Assembly (NCBI GenBank): GCA_000320545.1
Contig: ADNK01002103.1
Location: forward strand, 20,362-84,361
Direction: 5' to 3'
Source: Bigelowiella natans CCMP2755
Lineage: Eukaryota > Protista > Cercozoa
DNA length: 64,000 bases
The notes beneath the pieces were generated by a model. It did not search any database, was not told the DNA's origin, and worked only from the letters and a program-made list of their open reading frames with translations. The position numbers and the translations under genes were made by a program. Numbering within the stretch: the stretch's first letter is position 1; each line of letters opens with the position of its first letter. Below, piece by piece: positions 37,247-51,113 of this stretch.

Positions 37247-37735
37247 TCATCTTCTCTCTTCTCTCTTCTTCCTCGGATCTACGTCTGAATCAAACACAAA
37301 AAATAAGTCAGTGTTAGTAAGATGAGTCCCGAGTTGTTTTGATTGCATGGAACTGTGTCAAAGTAGAGAACAGTCCCTCACCTGCTATTGTGGCCAAGTA
37401 AATCAGATTCTGCTGCAACTTCATTTGATAGCTGTAAAGATATGAGCAAGAAGTTAGAAAGTAAAAGCAAAAGCCGAAAGTAGAAAGGCTTACGAGCTAG
37501 CTTCGTTCGTCTTTCCCTGGCTTTGGTGTTCATATATTGCTCGGAGTAGAATGTCATTTTCGTGCAAGTACTGAAATTAAGAAAGGAAGAAAAAGAAATT
37601 GGAGCAAGTGGTGATGAGAATTGAATATCCTGCTTAAAGAATCTATCTCACCTTCTCAACTAGATCTGATGTCAGTTGCTGCTGGAGTCTCTGAGAGGGC
37701 TGTTGTACCCTCTTTGATGGCTTTTGAGTAGACAT
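37247..37735 (-). CDS. Minimal SSXT-domain protein (SS18/GIF-like SWI/SNF-BAF subunit), 4 exons, ~82 aa
   Basis: MSTQKP..LTSDLVEK|YLHENDILLRAIYEHQSQGKTNEASS|YQMKLQQNLIYLATIA|DVDPRKKREERR* matches the SSXT/SNH consensus. Confidence 0.88.
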
Positions 37736-38364
37736 TTCTGGGAAGACGGCGTATGTGCCGAAGGATAATTCTATATAAAACGATCTGCCACCCACGAAAA
37801 CAAGGCTCTAAAATACTATTCATCCAACGGAGAAGAGAGTAGCAAAGAAAAAGCAAGAACCTAAGATCCACGTATGAACCGAAGAGGTGGGGCAAGTGTT
37901 GGTGGTGGTAACAATCGCCTCTCCAAACGTCTTTTTTGTGAAACACTTCACTAGATAAGAAATCGTGCTGAATATATCGATTAATTTCTTCAAGTACTTC
38001 CCACAATAATAAACATCGTAAAGGTCCCGCTCTTTCAAAAGGTTGACTCTTTTTAGATGTTTTCGGGGATGAGATTTGACATGGGAGCAACTCGAATTCC
38101 AGTTTTCTCACAGGCGTCAATGTTCTTACCTTTGTCGCACAACAAACATTATTGGGGGTTTTCGCCCAATGGCGTCGGAAATTATATTTCTTCAAAAATG
38201 GATGCAGATTATGGATCTGCGACATGGATTCCGGTGCCGGAACAAAACCCAAATCGGGGGTGGAGACGTGTGTAGGTACCCCACCGCTACCTCCAACAAA
38301 GCCCCCCTGAAAAAATTGTAATCCTCCCCCTGTAATCGCTAGGCCTCGCTGCACCGTAACTTCA

Positions 38365-39384
38365 ATGTCGGCGATGGAATTATACGAGAAAAATGTGAGT
38401 GCTATATTTTCTTGCCAATTCTATGTTCCCCTCCCCCTCCCCCATGGGTCATTCGGAGAAGCGACGTGTCATCGTGCAAAAGTTGCTTTTAGCGAAATCA
38501 TCGACGTCTTCAAACGTATGTTGGATACTATAAGAGAGACAATTTATATTGGTCAGGTTTCAGAGCAGATAATGCATCTTTTTGCGCCGTTGAAGAAGTA
38601 CGTCACTCATCAACCGCTCCTGTCATATTTAAACCTAACGATTTCTAACTCATCATTAGAAATACCAAGGACGATATTATAGATGATCTCAAGAAGATGC
38701 GGGACCGCGATGAGTCTATCGGATGTCTTCCAACAGTTTACATTACAGCTGGAATAGCTCCGGGTTTCGATACACGTGAATACGACGAGACAGCACCAAC
38801 TCCTCTTGCTTCAATGATCTAATTTCGCTTTGCACGTTGGGTCTTATAGTGACCGAAGAAGAAATTTTGAACTCGCGCAAATTTGAACAGCATCTCATAT
38901 CGTTGACATCATCATCTTGAAACACTAATTTACTACACTATTAAACCACTAGAGCTGTCGGCGGAGCTGAAGAGATTACGTGCAGAAAATTCTGCCCTGC
39001 GCGATCAGGTAATAAAGAAGAGTGCAACGAACTTCCTCAAACTAAACTCACCTCATGGTGCCTTCATTCTCTTTTGTACACACTCACCTGGAGAGTGACG
39101 ATATGTTTATTTTGTGCATCCCTCACAATGTGTCTGCCTCTTTTCACTTCACCAGCTCAAGGGCCACGGATTCCTTCCCGTTGTGAGCGAAGACCGACAC
39201 AAAGTCCTAACATTTGAAGGGAAAGAAGGGCGCACATCTAAGGGATCGAAGCTCAAGAAAATTTCATCGTAAGCAAAAACTAACGAGATGAAGACCTTGA
39301 CTTCCTCTTTTCTTTCCTTCACTCCCTCCATCCTCTTCTACACCCTCTTCTTTCTCATCTTCCTCCATGCTCTGCTGAATTGAA

Positions 39385-39441
<57 letters not shown>

Positions 39442-39862
39442 ATTTTAATGCATGACCACATAGGTTCCATAAGCTTCCAGAAATCAAGGTTGCCTCTCAC
39501 CTTGAAATACAGCATATTCGAGAGGGTTTTGAGATGGGATGGAGCAGGCAGGCGATCGTCATGAGATCAGATTGCTCCGTCTCTTTTGCTGTCATTTCCT
39601 GTTTCTTATCTTATTATACAACTCAGACACCGATGCTAGCTGCGCAGACGACTCAAAAGATACCTCCCCTCGATTGGAAGACGATGGACAGTGATTTCCC
39701 ATCGGACAGCAGTGGCCAAACCGTTGAGATTGAGATCGTCAAGCATCTGCAGCAAGGTTCTCTGTAGGACACCCATTATTTGTTAGACGTGAAAAGCACT
39801 TTAATCCAATCATTTTGACTCTTAAATCTTCTGCTCTATTACTGTTTTAGTACTATCATCAC

Positions 39863-39897
<35 letters not shown>

Positions 39898-40957
39898 CAA
39901 TTAGGGACCGGACTCTTGAAGAAAATGCGTTGGAGCGCTCCCAAAATACGAGTTTTCAGGCTATCGAAAAATATGCAGTATCTTCAAAGAGAAAGCCTCA
40001 ACTTTCTCTCCTTTGCGCCCACTAGAATACATCTCAACCACATCACAGCCATGGAGGTAGACACCAGAGAAACAAATGATTTTCAACTCTACCTCTTTCA
40101 CCTTGCCTTCTCCTTCAAGCCCAGCTTACCCGATATTAACCTCTGATGATGATTAAATCGACGAAGAAAATTATATTTGATTGGAATCAATTGAATGTAT
40201 TTTTCTTTACACAGCATCGAACATCAAGCACCACCGATCCAGAGCTCGCGGAGGCAGGCTTCTGCATATTCTATGATCTCACGTAATAATCCCAAAAACA
40301 CATTTCAATTCGTCAGAAATCAGAGTAAGGTTGCATGGAAATCATATATGACTGTGGTGTTTGGATATGTGGTTATCTGCGATAATATTCTGTATATCGC
40401 AGTGGTAGGAGGCAAAGAGGTAGCTGGTTCGATCTTGTCGCACCTACCGCAGCAGATTATATACTTTGGACAAAAGGTTATTGCTTCGTGATAGTTTTAG
40501 TAGTTGTTTTTGTTGCATTGGTTGTGCTGTTAGGCATTACTATAGCAACAGAACATACGGTTATGAAGATAGCGGGTTGGAGTAGTATCCATCACAATCC
40601 TCACTTTTAATTTCTTTCCATCATGATGTCTAACACTGCTTACGATTTCCCTTTTCCCCGACCCTCTCAAAATGCTAGGTTTGCAGCTTGTTCTTGAACA
40701 TCGTGCAAAATCGACTTCGACAGGGGCCAAACTCAAAGCTGGTGGGAATGCAGAGCACTTGTGTATCCATATATACATATTTCATATACGCAAACCCGCA
40801 CATTTACTTACAAAGTTATAAAAAATATATATATTTATACTTCTTCATTTATGTATTTATATCTTCAGAGCTTCTGGAGCTTACTCTGAAGATTCCTGTC
40901 ACATCGATTAATCATTGGTCTGTAATAATTAGTAGTAGGCATTTTTGTTCTCTCTCT

Positions 40958-41005
<48 letters not shown>

Positions 41006-41137
41006 AATTCATTTCCTATTTTGTGTCAACAGGTACGTCCACCACTTTCCAAATGGATGTATGACCGATGGAGAAGAGTCATTATAGCACAACGTTATGC
41101 ACAACGTTATGCACAACGTTATAGCACAACGTTATAG
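38365..41137 (+). CDS. Hypothetical multi-exon coiled-coil protein or pseudogene
   Basis: Plus-strand exon-like pieces with GT/AG ends (ELSAELKRLRAENSALRDQ|; VVGGKEVAGSILSHLPQQIIYFGQK|; VRPPLSKWMYDRWRR); a complete frame was not reconstructed. Confidence 0.4.
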
Positions 41138-41160
41138 CACAACGTTATAGCACAACGTTA
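41082..41160 (+). repeat. Tandem minisatellite, 6 x GCACAACGTTAT(A) (12/13-bp units)
   Basis: Directly visible. Confidence 0.95.
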
Positions 41161-41199
41161 GGCTGTTAGATTACTTTACACTATTACAATACTAAATTA

Positions 41200-42320
41200 C
41201 ACGACTACTATATTTATATCTCGACAATGATTCACTATACCATTATTGATTCCGATTCCTATTAGAATTAATTAGTATGCACGCACAAGTTTGTGCGTGC
41301 ATGACTATAGTACATTCTACAAATTAGCATGTATTAATATTACTCAATTATTCAAGCATCCATCACTTGCATTTTGAGCTGTGTGCGTTAAATTGCACTA
41401 CTAGATGTTACATAGCAGAGCGAGACTAACTTGCTGGTGCTTACTCTAAAATCAAACCTAATCTCATGACCATAGTAAGCACATCGCAATGTGGATCGCA
41501 ATTGTTTGTAAGACGGATGTAATCAATCAAATTAAATTTGTTCAATGGTCATCCTCATGTAGCAGCGCTACTGTTGAATTTGTTGGTCTCCGCTATGATT
41601 TGTTTCATGCAATCAAACGTATGTTGTTTCGGTCTTGAATGGCGCGCATTTCGCGCAGTTGTTTGTGATGCGTGCATCTCACATTTGCAGCTGCTGCGGT
41701 GCAAAAATTCTGCGCTGTTGCCGCATTCTAGCATTGGCAGATGTCACATGCTTTTGATTGTGAGATTCACATGCAACTTCTGTTCTTTGGGAGCTGAGCT
41801 TGTTAATTGTGATGACACCAAACGACAATTGTCTGTCACAACGCCTGCAGCTTTGTGCATGCATGCTGAACTCGCATGAGCGACGAAGTCCTGCTAGTGT
41901 CAATTGAAAGGCACACTTCGTCAGGTTGCAATGAACTAGTGAATGAAAAGACATCGTGATTGAACAAAATCGTAACAATCTGTTCATGCTGTTCACTACA
42001 AAACTAAGGGTTTGCATCATTGCACAACAAATTGCTAGCTAGCTAGCCTCTCCTCTTCAACACACAGAGAATAAGGTTCCTTGTGTCGCCACGAAGCATT
42101 GCTTCAAGTTTAGTCCCGACAGGGCACAGCGCATGATGCCGAGCAAGTTGCGCATGAAAAACATATGTGCGCATTACAACATTGAGAACAAGAGCACATA
42201 GTTGTAATCTCATAGTGATGACATGCAATGTACGTATGTTGTCTAGTTGCACATTGCACACTTCCGCCAGTCGCATCTTGAACAGAAATTCCAACTTTTG
42301 ATCCACCAGCTCTAGAGCTA
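41200..42320 (-). repeat. Convergent-junction tract 6
   Basis: Same compositional signature; body homologous to tract 3. Confidence 0.7.
41507..41569 (-). repeat. Conserved junction element copy 5
   Basis: TGTAAGACGGATGTAATCAATCAAATTAAATTTGTTCAATGGTCATCCTCATGTAGCAGCGCT. Confidence 0.95.
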
Positions 42321-43537
42321 TTGCAGTCTAGATCCATCATCATCAACCTCTGGTTTCTGGATCAATTTGTTTAATCGCCTCTTCTTTTTCGAAGCGATTG
42401 AACTTGAATATTTGGCGCAATTTTCATCGTTGGCAGTCAAAGGCTGCAAATCATAACAACTCAATTTTTACTCATTGGTCATTAATCAATGTCATCAACA
42501 ACCGTGCTATGAGGCGTAGTTTTACGCTCACCCAGCACACCAGCCTCTCTTGCCCTGTGTAGAAGACTGTAATAAACACAGTTTTCTTTGTTTGCCTGTA
42601 AGAAATCATATCAATTTGAAATACGTCAACCCATGAGCCTTTGAAATATGTTGAAGTGAGGTTTTTCGAATTTTATCATTAGGTTACATTCAGTTATTCA
42701 GCATCAAAAACCTTCTTATGTTCAACAGCAGAATCTTGCCTTTCATTTATTTCACTTTCGCTAAGGTTCGGGATGAGTTTCAGGGCGAGTTTCTGTCCTA
42801 GGATGTTGAGTCTTGGACGCGAGTTTGTGCTAGCTCTCTCTTCTTCAACGGAATAAGGTTCGTCAGTTCCATCCTTGTCGGCTCTAAAATGAACCGAATC
42901 TTCGCAGCTCGAGCCATCATTACTTTGAGAATAACAGGCTGAATCCTCTTCACAGTTATCGGAAGGAACAGATACATCATCAACATCACTTTCTTTCTTG
43001 CAACTATTTGTCGTTTCTGACTTTCTCATTGAGGATGACTTTTGGGAAATCCTGGCCTTAAGCCAGGCAAGATCATTTGCTTTTGGCCCCTTGGGATATG
43101 TTCCATAATATTGTTTATGAATGTCTTTCAATTTCTGGAGTTCGCTCTTCGAATGAGAGCACAAAGATCAATCAAACGATGAAGTATTCATTGAGGTCGA
43201 ATAATGATACTGAATCCGTCACCTTCTCTCGTTCCGGTTCTTTCTTTTTTTCGTGTTGTAAGTTTGCACTGACTTCCACAGATTTAGTTTTCTGAATCGA
43301 AGAAGTTTCCTTCACTTGAGAAATTCTAGACTTCAGCCATTCAATATCTTTTGCCTTTGGACCCTTTGGGTAGGTTCCAAAGCTGCACGTAAAAATCAAA
43401 AGGTAGCATCCACTTAAATAATATTCATTCATCAAGGGAAAACCTCATGATGATGGACATGTTGACATGCACTACATGATCTTGTGCTGTTCTTTGAGGC
43501 TAGATAGAAGATGAGGACAAGATCGCTGCTGTGGCAT
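42318..43537 (-). CDS. Hypothetical protein with two tandem HeH/LEM-like repeats
   Basis: LSSLKEQHKII|FGTYPKGPKAKDIEWLKSRISQ and ELQKLKDIHKQYYGTYPKGPKANDLAWLKARISQ; 3' end ambiguous. Confidence 0.65.
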
Positions 43538-44226
43538 GATGATTGGACGAGAGGTCAACGTAAACTTTATCCAAGTTTCTGTGATAGCAATGGCATTTGT
43601 TAAACAAGATCAATCAAGCGAAACATACTCCATAGTTCCACCAAACTAATGAACTCGAACTTTGGAAGTCCTGGAAGTCGAGCAGTTAGAAGACTTCATT
43701 TTTCGAAGAGGTTAACAGGCTTTCTAACTCCTGCGACTTGACAGCAATCGGGTAAAAAAAGAAATCCCTTTTTCATACCGAAATTCCAAAAAATGCAAAG
43801 CATTAGTTTTTAAATATTGTCGCGATTCTTGAAAGGATTGAACATTGGCCGGCATGCTTCTTTGCTCCATGCCTGAGCTCGAGCAAAAGTTCAGTTTTCG
43901 CAACATTTCCATAGTAAAAAACGAATGGATATTTGAAGTAAGACATGGAAATAGTTTATTTTTTGCAAAATTAGCGATCGACACCAACAAAGAACAGATC
44001 ACAGATCAATTGTTTCGGAGGAAGGAGGCCGAGAGCAAATGCGCCGTTGGCCTTCAGGAGTGGTCTTTTCAGAAGACCATTCCTATGGTAGTGCATGGAA
44101 TCTCGCGATATGAATGATCTGTCTTCCCGCCCAAGTGACAAATGAAATATGATGATTTTACATCCATCGCTCATGTTTCTATCAACAAATTCGTCGTTAA
44201 GTTGTATCATTTACACAGAAATTCGT

Positions 44227-47200
44227 ATGACGACATTTTCAAGAGAGAAAATGATGGAATCAGTCAGCGCTACTGATCTTGTGGATGCTCTTATTGCAAG
44301 CAAGGAAGTGCAAAAAATAAAGAAAAAGGAATGTCTTACATTCCTTAAGAAATCCCGTTCGTTTCGTAGCATGGACACAAAAACTCTACTCCCGAAACTA
44401 AAAGACTCCGATCTTTTCCAGGTTATCAATCACAATGTAAAGTCTAAGTAAAACGTAGCTAAGATGTGTGGCTATGTGCGCGTACAGAAACAACAAGGAT
44501 GTTTACCAGTGTGCTTGTGCTATTTTTTAGATCGTTGCAGATAACAAAGACATCGAACAAAAACTGAACATCAATGAAGTGTGTAGGGTGAGCCCTTTAT
44601 AATCTAAGATCCTATGATACGATTAATAAATCTTTGGTAACATTTGAATAAAGGTTATCAAGCGCGCAGGGCGGCACGCCGCTGTTATGCGATTCACGAA
44701 GGGTAATTCAGTTCGTTAGTATTCTTCGCTTCAATTTGACAATTTTCTTTGTAATTTGGTGCAGAAAACATTATCAAGCTGTTTGGTGATGCACGTCTTG
44801 AGGCTTATTTAAGTGTCGAAGAACTGGAGCGTTATGCGAATGCACAACAGGGAGATAGTTTATGGTTAACCAGACCAAAATCTCCGGGACGGATGAGACC
44901 AAGAACACCTCCAAATAGAAATATACCTAAATCACCACGAGGATCCCGCGGAAATGCTCCAGCAAAAATCAAAATTTTACAAAGAATGTCGAGGTCTCAG
45001 CTCAAGAATTTACTAACTGAAGCAAAATTGACGGTAGCAACACGTAAAGATGTACGCAGTCCTTCCGTCTTGAATTACATTATAGAAAGATGACCGAGTA
45101 AGTTTTAAAAAAAAAACATTGTCTTTAACAAGGTCACTTTTTTTCAGGAGAGAATGCCTCACGGCGCTTTAAATCGTGCCGTAAAATCTATGAGTCGGGC
45201 AGACGCACTTGCTTGTATTGGAGCCTCTGATTTACGTCGTATACTGCGACAGCAGGGCCTTTTAAGGGCCATCCAAGTTGAACATATCTATAAACGTCTC
45301 AAACTGAGTCGATTATTGCGGATACTTCCACGTGAGGTACATAGATATTTTACTTAGTTTATGGTTAAAGCTAAGCATTCAGTTTCAAACAGGTGATAGA
45401 CTCTGTTATACGTAATTTTGAGCTCAAAGTTGATACGGAACAGCTTATTAAAATAGTGCTTGCTGGGAGCTCAGGAAAGAATGAAGAGGACTGCAAGGTC
45501 ACTTTTAATAAAAAACATTGTCTTTCTAGTCAATAACTGCTTTGAAATCAGCAAAAAGGATTTAGCCTGGAGGCTCTAGAACAGATAGTTCAGGTTAAAT
45601 GAACATATGATCATGAAATTAGATTTCATAAAAAGATACATACTAGGAGCGAATGCGTGATGGATCTAGCAATGTGCTTGTGGTACGCATGGACTTTGAA
45701 CGAAAAATCTTAGGAGCTGACGTGGACGACTGCATCAACGAAATTACAACCTATGGCATTGTAGATGATGTGAGTTAATACGTATATTCATTTTATATTT
45801 ATGTATGTGCATATATAATATTCATATAGCCACAAATGAACTAGAAAATAAGTTCGACCAAAGGTACCAATCACTTGAAATATTTATCCAGACAAGCCCG
45901 CTGATACCGGTCTGCAACACCACTTCAGTTTCACAGTTTATTTTCTATTCGCATAAAGCTGATGAACGGCGACCAGGGACTTCGGAATCATTGATCAAGG
46001 CATCAAGCAGTCGTGAAGGATCAAAAAGGCCAAAAACTTCTCCCCCAAAAAATATCAACCCTTTAGATACATCCACAGCCATAGGCCCTCAACAAAGAAC
46101 AACCAATTTTGTTATCGGTGCATTTATATGGAATTGGAGACGGTATATAGAAAATTTAAAGTGTTATGAGTATGTGTGTTTCATCTGTTGGTACTTTACC
46201 AGGCAAACCTTGGTTTTAGCCACCCGCTCTCCTGATGGATCACACAACTTGCTCGTGCATAAACCTGAAAGTCCATCCTAACCTGCAAATGACGGCTATT
46301 TTGATGACATATTGTTTTGTATAGTGAGTGAATGATGCATAAGTTTAATTCTTGTATTGGAAATCTAGAAATCCGTTAACTAGTGCTGAATTTCATTTTC
46401 CGATTGTAAATGGGAGTATGAAGTTATTTATTCCTAGAGATGTTATACGAAGGAACGGTTCAAGAATCAGCGAGGGGTTGGCATCCACCTGGAGGCTTCT
46501 TTAATGATAGACAAAAAAAGGTTTGAAAATGTAGAATAGCAACTAATGCACAAAATTTTCGCAAATTTTGTACCAAATTATGGTTGCAGGTTACCCTATC
46601 AGTGGATCAATTCGACGAGAAACGTTTAGCTACCGAAGCAACACGCCTTGGGTAGGAATATTTTTATGAATTTTAAGCTACTGGTTAAAATATTTCGTAA
46701 TACTTCAGCCTAATTCCGACGGAGAGCCAGTGGAAAACAATACAAAACTACGATCTCGAAAGATTGATTGAAGTCACCTTCACCGAAATTACACAAATCA
46801 TTTAACCGTCTGATGAAGTGAAATCGTTATAACATCAATACTTGGCTATGGTTAGATTGTCTTGCAATTAGGAGCAAAAGGCTTGATAAGGTCCTCATAT
46901 GGCCTTTACCTATAGATATGAAACTGATTTTTAATTCCAATGTATATAGTTGCTGTGATTTATTGAAAATGGTTGAGGATAAGCTGCTCTTGAAGCTGAT
47001 GGTTGAACAAGGGGAAGAGGATCAGAAACAGGGTAAGAGGAAAAAGATTTCAGAGGGAAACATTCTCAGTCAGATTATTTGTCGAAAATTGAGGCTGCAG
47101 GTATTTTCAATGCAGGTCATCATAGAAAATAATGATGTTATTTCAATCGTGTTTGATGCATCCAATCGTGGGAATACTGTTTCAGGGCTTAAACGAGACA

Positions 47201-48569
47201 GTGAGAAAACTAAGAAGAGAAACGATGATGAATCTTCTCGAAATGTCAAACTGCTTAGATTACCTAAATCCAGACGAACAAAAAATGTAATATAAAACTG
47301 CTAGTGCATGCATACATTTTTCTATCATAAGTAGAATAATCAAAGAGGTACGTTTATGTCGGACATATGAAAGGCTTTCCGACGGAACCTATTCTGAAGA
47401 GGAATGGAAGAAGACCTTGGAAGTATTAGATGAGAAGCATCAATTTTTAAAGGTTTAGTATCACATAGACCTGAATTATTCTCCATTCACACCTAAAAGC
47501 AACACTTTTCAGGCTCTATCGATCCGTCACATAGCCAAGATCATTGATCTCTTCACCCTGATAGATATTGCGAAGTTCTTTCAAGTCTGTTTTCATGCTT
47601 CATTGGATTTGTGGTGTTAATTCTTTTTGTATGCCGAAGGTGGACGAGCTGCGAGATGTTGTTGAGGTCTGCGGTCTGGCTTCAAAATTTTCACTGAAGC
47701 GCGTTGTGCGGTATCACTACCAATAAATGCAATCGGCCGAAATATTGATTTTGAATGATTGACAAGGGGACTCACGAAATCCCAGCTTCTTTCTGTGTTA
47801 AAACGGGTGGATGGTGGAAAACTTGCCGAAGTTGCTTTTGAAAGGCCTTTCGTCACTGCAGACATCATTCAAAATATGTTGCTTGATGCATCCACAGATA
47901 TAGATCAGAGAGTTGAAACTGAGGATAATATACTGTCATCACCTAAGATCAAATCTACAACAAGACTTTTGCAACTTACTCTCTCTGATGATGAAAGGCA
48001 GAGAGGATTGTCATTCCTCGGTACAAATTACATCTGAAAATGTCATAAATTTGGTGGATTGCTTTGATTCATTTCTCTATTTAGGTGTAATTGACATAGC
48101 TTCTCCTTTATGCTTAATACAAATGGTTGGCAAAAATTACTTTATCATATTTATTTAAACAGAAATTAAAATTTCAAACACGAGCACATATTTTGATGTT
48201 AACGTATTTGTTATTCGTATTTAGGACAAGAGTGCTGCCAAATATATCGAAAAGGAGCATCCAGGAATGGTTCCTGAGTTTCTGATTTGGAACGATGAAA
48301 AGCAAAAGGTATTGTTGGGTGTCATAAAATTTAGAAATATTCATTCCAAATATAACGTGTTCTTTAACATGTGTGTGACGTCCAAGTTCGCGATGCTATC
48401 TCAAAATAAATCTACTAAAATTGTGGAGCTTGCGGCCGATGTGGAAGATTTCTCGATGTTTTGCTTTGAAAACACTGGAACTGAAAAAGGACAAATAGGA
48501 AAGTGGAAGATTGAGTTGTCACCGCCTCCACAAGAAAAGATTGTGAGATTTGCGGAAGATGTTCTTTGA
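44227..48569 (+). CDS. Large AT-rich, many-short-intron hypothetical protein (possibly disrupted)
   Basis: Many GT-AG-bounded exons (MTTFSREK..; MSRSQLKNLLTEAKL; ASDLRRILRQQGL; LTKSQLLSVLKRV; ..KIVRFAEDVL*); possible in-frame TAA at ~46279; no family recognised. Confidence 0.55.
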
Positions 48570-48599
48570 TTCTTCGATTTGCTCTTCAATTTGCATTAC

Positions 48600-49638
48600 T
48601 AGAAAATAATATCATTTCATTATTGGTGTACTACGTGTACATGACAAATTTATAGCTACACAAAATGCACAGCACAAAGTATGATGGTGTAAGACGGATG
48701 TAATAAATCAAATTAAATTTGTTCAATGGTAATCTTCATAGTGGGCTACATGGGTATTGGCATGCTGAAAAGTGGGGAATGCGATCACTTGTACGTCGCA
48801 CATTTAGCCTTTGTTTAGAATATAAGTTCAGCATCGTGGTGCTGCACACGCACATATGTGCGTAGGCATGCACATCGCATGCGGACCACACTGCAGCATC
48901 ACACTAGCACACAAGTTTGGATCACTTTCAAATTACCCATCATTGCATTACGTTGCAAATTATGTTGGCAGCATGGCTAGATAGCGTAGCAGAACAAGAG
49001 TGACAATCTAGCTAGCTAGCAATGTGAAGCAGATCTAAAAATGCTGCGGAGCACGCACATGTTTTAATTCTACGCAGGCTAGCAGGTAGAATCGTAACGC
49101 ATCACTGAACAATAATAACACGACTTGCATGTTAGCGGCACACATGTTCGTTGAGGTTTTGGTTTGTCTTGACATGAACAATGATCAAGGTGACGAGGTG
49201 CGACAACACAGCGTCCTTTTGATTCTCGTGTTAGAAGTACTCGCGCAGTACCAGAATCGTCGATGCAGCTTTGCGTGCCAAACCTAACTCTAGAGCTAGA
49301 CATGTGCTTAGTGGCAGCTGTATTTTTAAGTGCCGAGTCTCAGTACATCGCAGTTACCGGACGAAAAACTGGTTTCATACTACATCATACATCGACTAGG
49401 CACATGATGTACATATTGCGCGATGCTACATGTTAAAGTCATCGATGTTAACGTTGCTGCTATTATCGGTAATAACAATTGCAATGATCAGAAAGTATTT
49501 ACATTTCTCACATGCATCTACTACAACAACTTCACCTTGCATGTACAATGCCATACATTCTAGATATGATATGATTCTGTATCGACGTATGTGGCTGCTG
49601 TACAATGTAAAAAACACACACGACACATACTCTAATCG

Positions 49639-49675
<37 letters not shown>

Positions 49676-49740
49676 TGATATACAGCATATGTATTCGGTA
49701 CTGTAGTGATAGCGTGGACATTCATCGCTCAGGTTCATTG
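48600..49740 (-). repeat. Convergent-junction tract 7
   Basis: Same compositional signature, between the stops at 48569(+) and 49742(-). Confidence 0.7.
48688..48751 (-). repeat. Conserved junction element copy 6
   Basis: TGTAAGACGGATGTAATAAATCAAATTAAATTTGTTCAATGGTAATCTTCAT; 49/52 identical to copy 5. Confidence 0.95.
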
Positions 49741-49741
49741 A

Positions 49742-51064
49742 CTAATATGTAATGTATCCGAACTCGTGAAAGCAATATGCAACAGCTACCGTGATAATTG
49801 CGAGCACGATCCCGCTGCTGACGTTGCTATGTCTCTTGGCGTCTTTCGCTGCCAGCTTTAAAACCTTCCAACCCAAATCACGCAAGAACACAGGAGAGAA
49901 GAATCATAACCGAGCAAAACGACTGTGATTATTTACCCAACCTTTACGCGAAATGAACGATATCACCAGATTATGTTATTGGAATGGAAATCAATGCAGC
50001 ATTCTGTGAATGTGTGTACATGTTTATACATGCGCGTGTGTGTTTACATGCTTTTCATCTGCAAGGAATGGGCAAAGCTACAGTGTAATCTTCCATAATG
50101 TACTGCTGCTACTACCTGGTGACAGAGATGTAGTCGCGCAATAACACCATCGATTCCAAGACACGTAGACCGCAGCTGTGGGGTGATAATGGTCATAGAG
50201 ATGGGTGAGGAGGAGGATCACCAAGCAGCACGAGAATAATAAGAATAAAAACAATAAGAATAATAATAACAATGTAATGAGGTAAAGGAAAGGAGCAGTA
50301 TAAGGCTGGCTGATTGACAAGATTGAAATCGGTATGGAAAAGTAAGAAAAGCGGCAACAATATCAAATTTATTTCTCAATCTTCCAACCCTCCCCCCCTC
50401 CCCCCCCCCCCCTTTCGTTCAAGGTTCGGTTGGTTAATGCTTTTTACGTCTTCTAGGCCTGTGGTCGAACGGCAGACCCACCACGATAAGGCAGCTGGAT
50501 CATCTCGTGGTGGTTCACCTATTATTGTTACGAGTGAGTAGGTCCTTTTAATCCATGTTTATTCTGTTGTATAATTCTAAGTATAACGCACCGTTTTCCC
50601 GGGTTATACGCGAGTATTCCACGCTGCCCACTGCTCGCTGATACCTCCCAACCTCTTGCATTACGTTGTTCACAATTTCATCCAATCGCTTCTTCTCGTC
50701 CGTGCTATCTTCCGGCGGTGATTGTATTGAGGGAGGCGCGGAGGATGGCGCTGACGATTGTGGCGGTTGTGACGATGACGATAGTGATGATGATGACGGC
50801 GACGATGGTGACGACGATGACGATGATGACGCAAGCAAGCGATCCTCCGCAATCTTGGCTTCTCCTACCTGCAGGCCAAACTCACCCTCCTCATAGCTAA
50901 TCTGTAAGAATAACCATGAGAAGAAGAGAGGAAGCGATGCAGTGACTGGATCAGATGACGCAACAATCTCACACGACGACGACGACGATGACGATGATGT
51001 GGACGACGATTGATACTCGACGGATGATTCCACTACGAAAGTCTCTGCACAAAGACGAACATAT

Positions 51065-51113
<49 letters not shown>

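Noticed and set aside
37656-38354. 232-aa minus-strand ORF
   Set aside because: Overlaps the SSXT first exon in another frame and the presumed promoter; no recognisable domain.
42043-42443. Minus-strand frame interrupted by TGA/TAG stops, as evidence of C-to-T pseudogenisation
   Set aside because: An alternative frame (..SKKKRRLNKLIQKPEVDDDGSRLQ*) is open and TGATGATGA may simply be a GAT repeat; ambiguous without cDNA.
43845-44117. ORF with a vague kinase N-lobe-like pattern
   Set aside because: No Gly-rich loop, HRD or DFG; similarity too weak.
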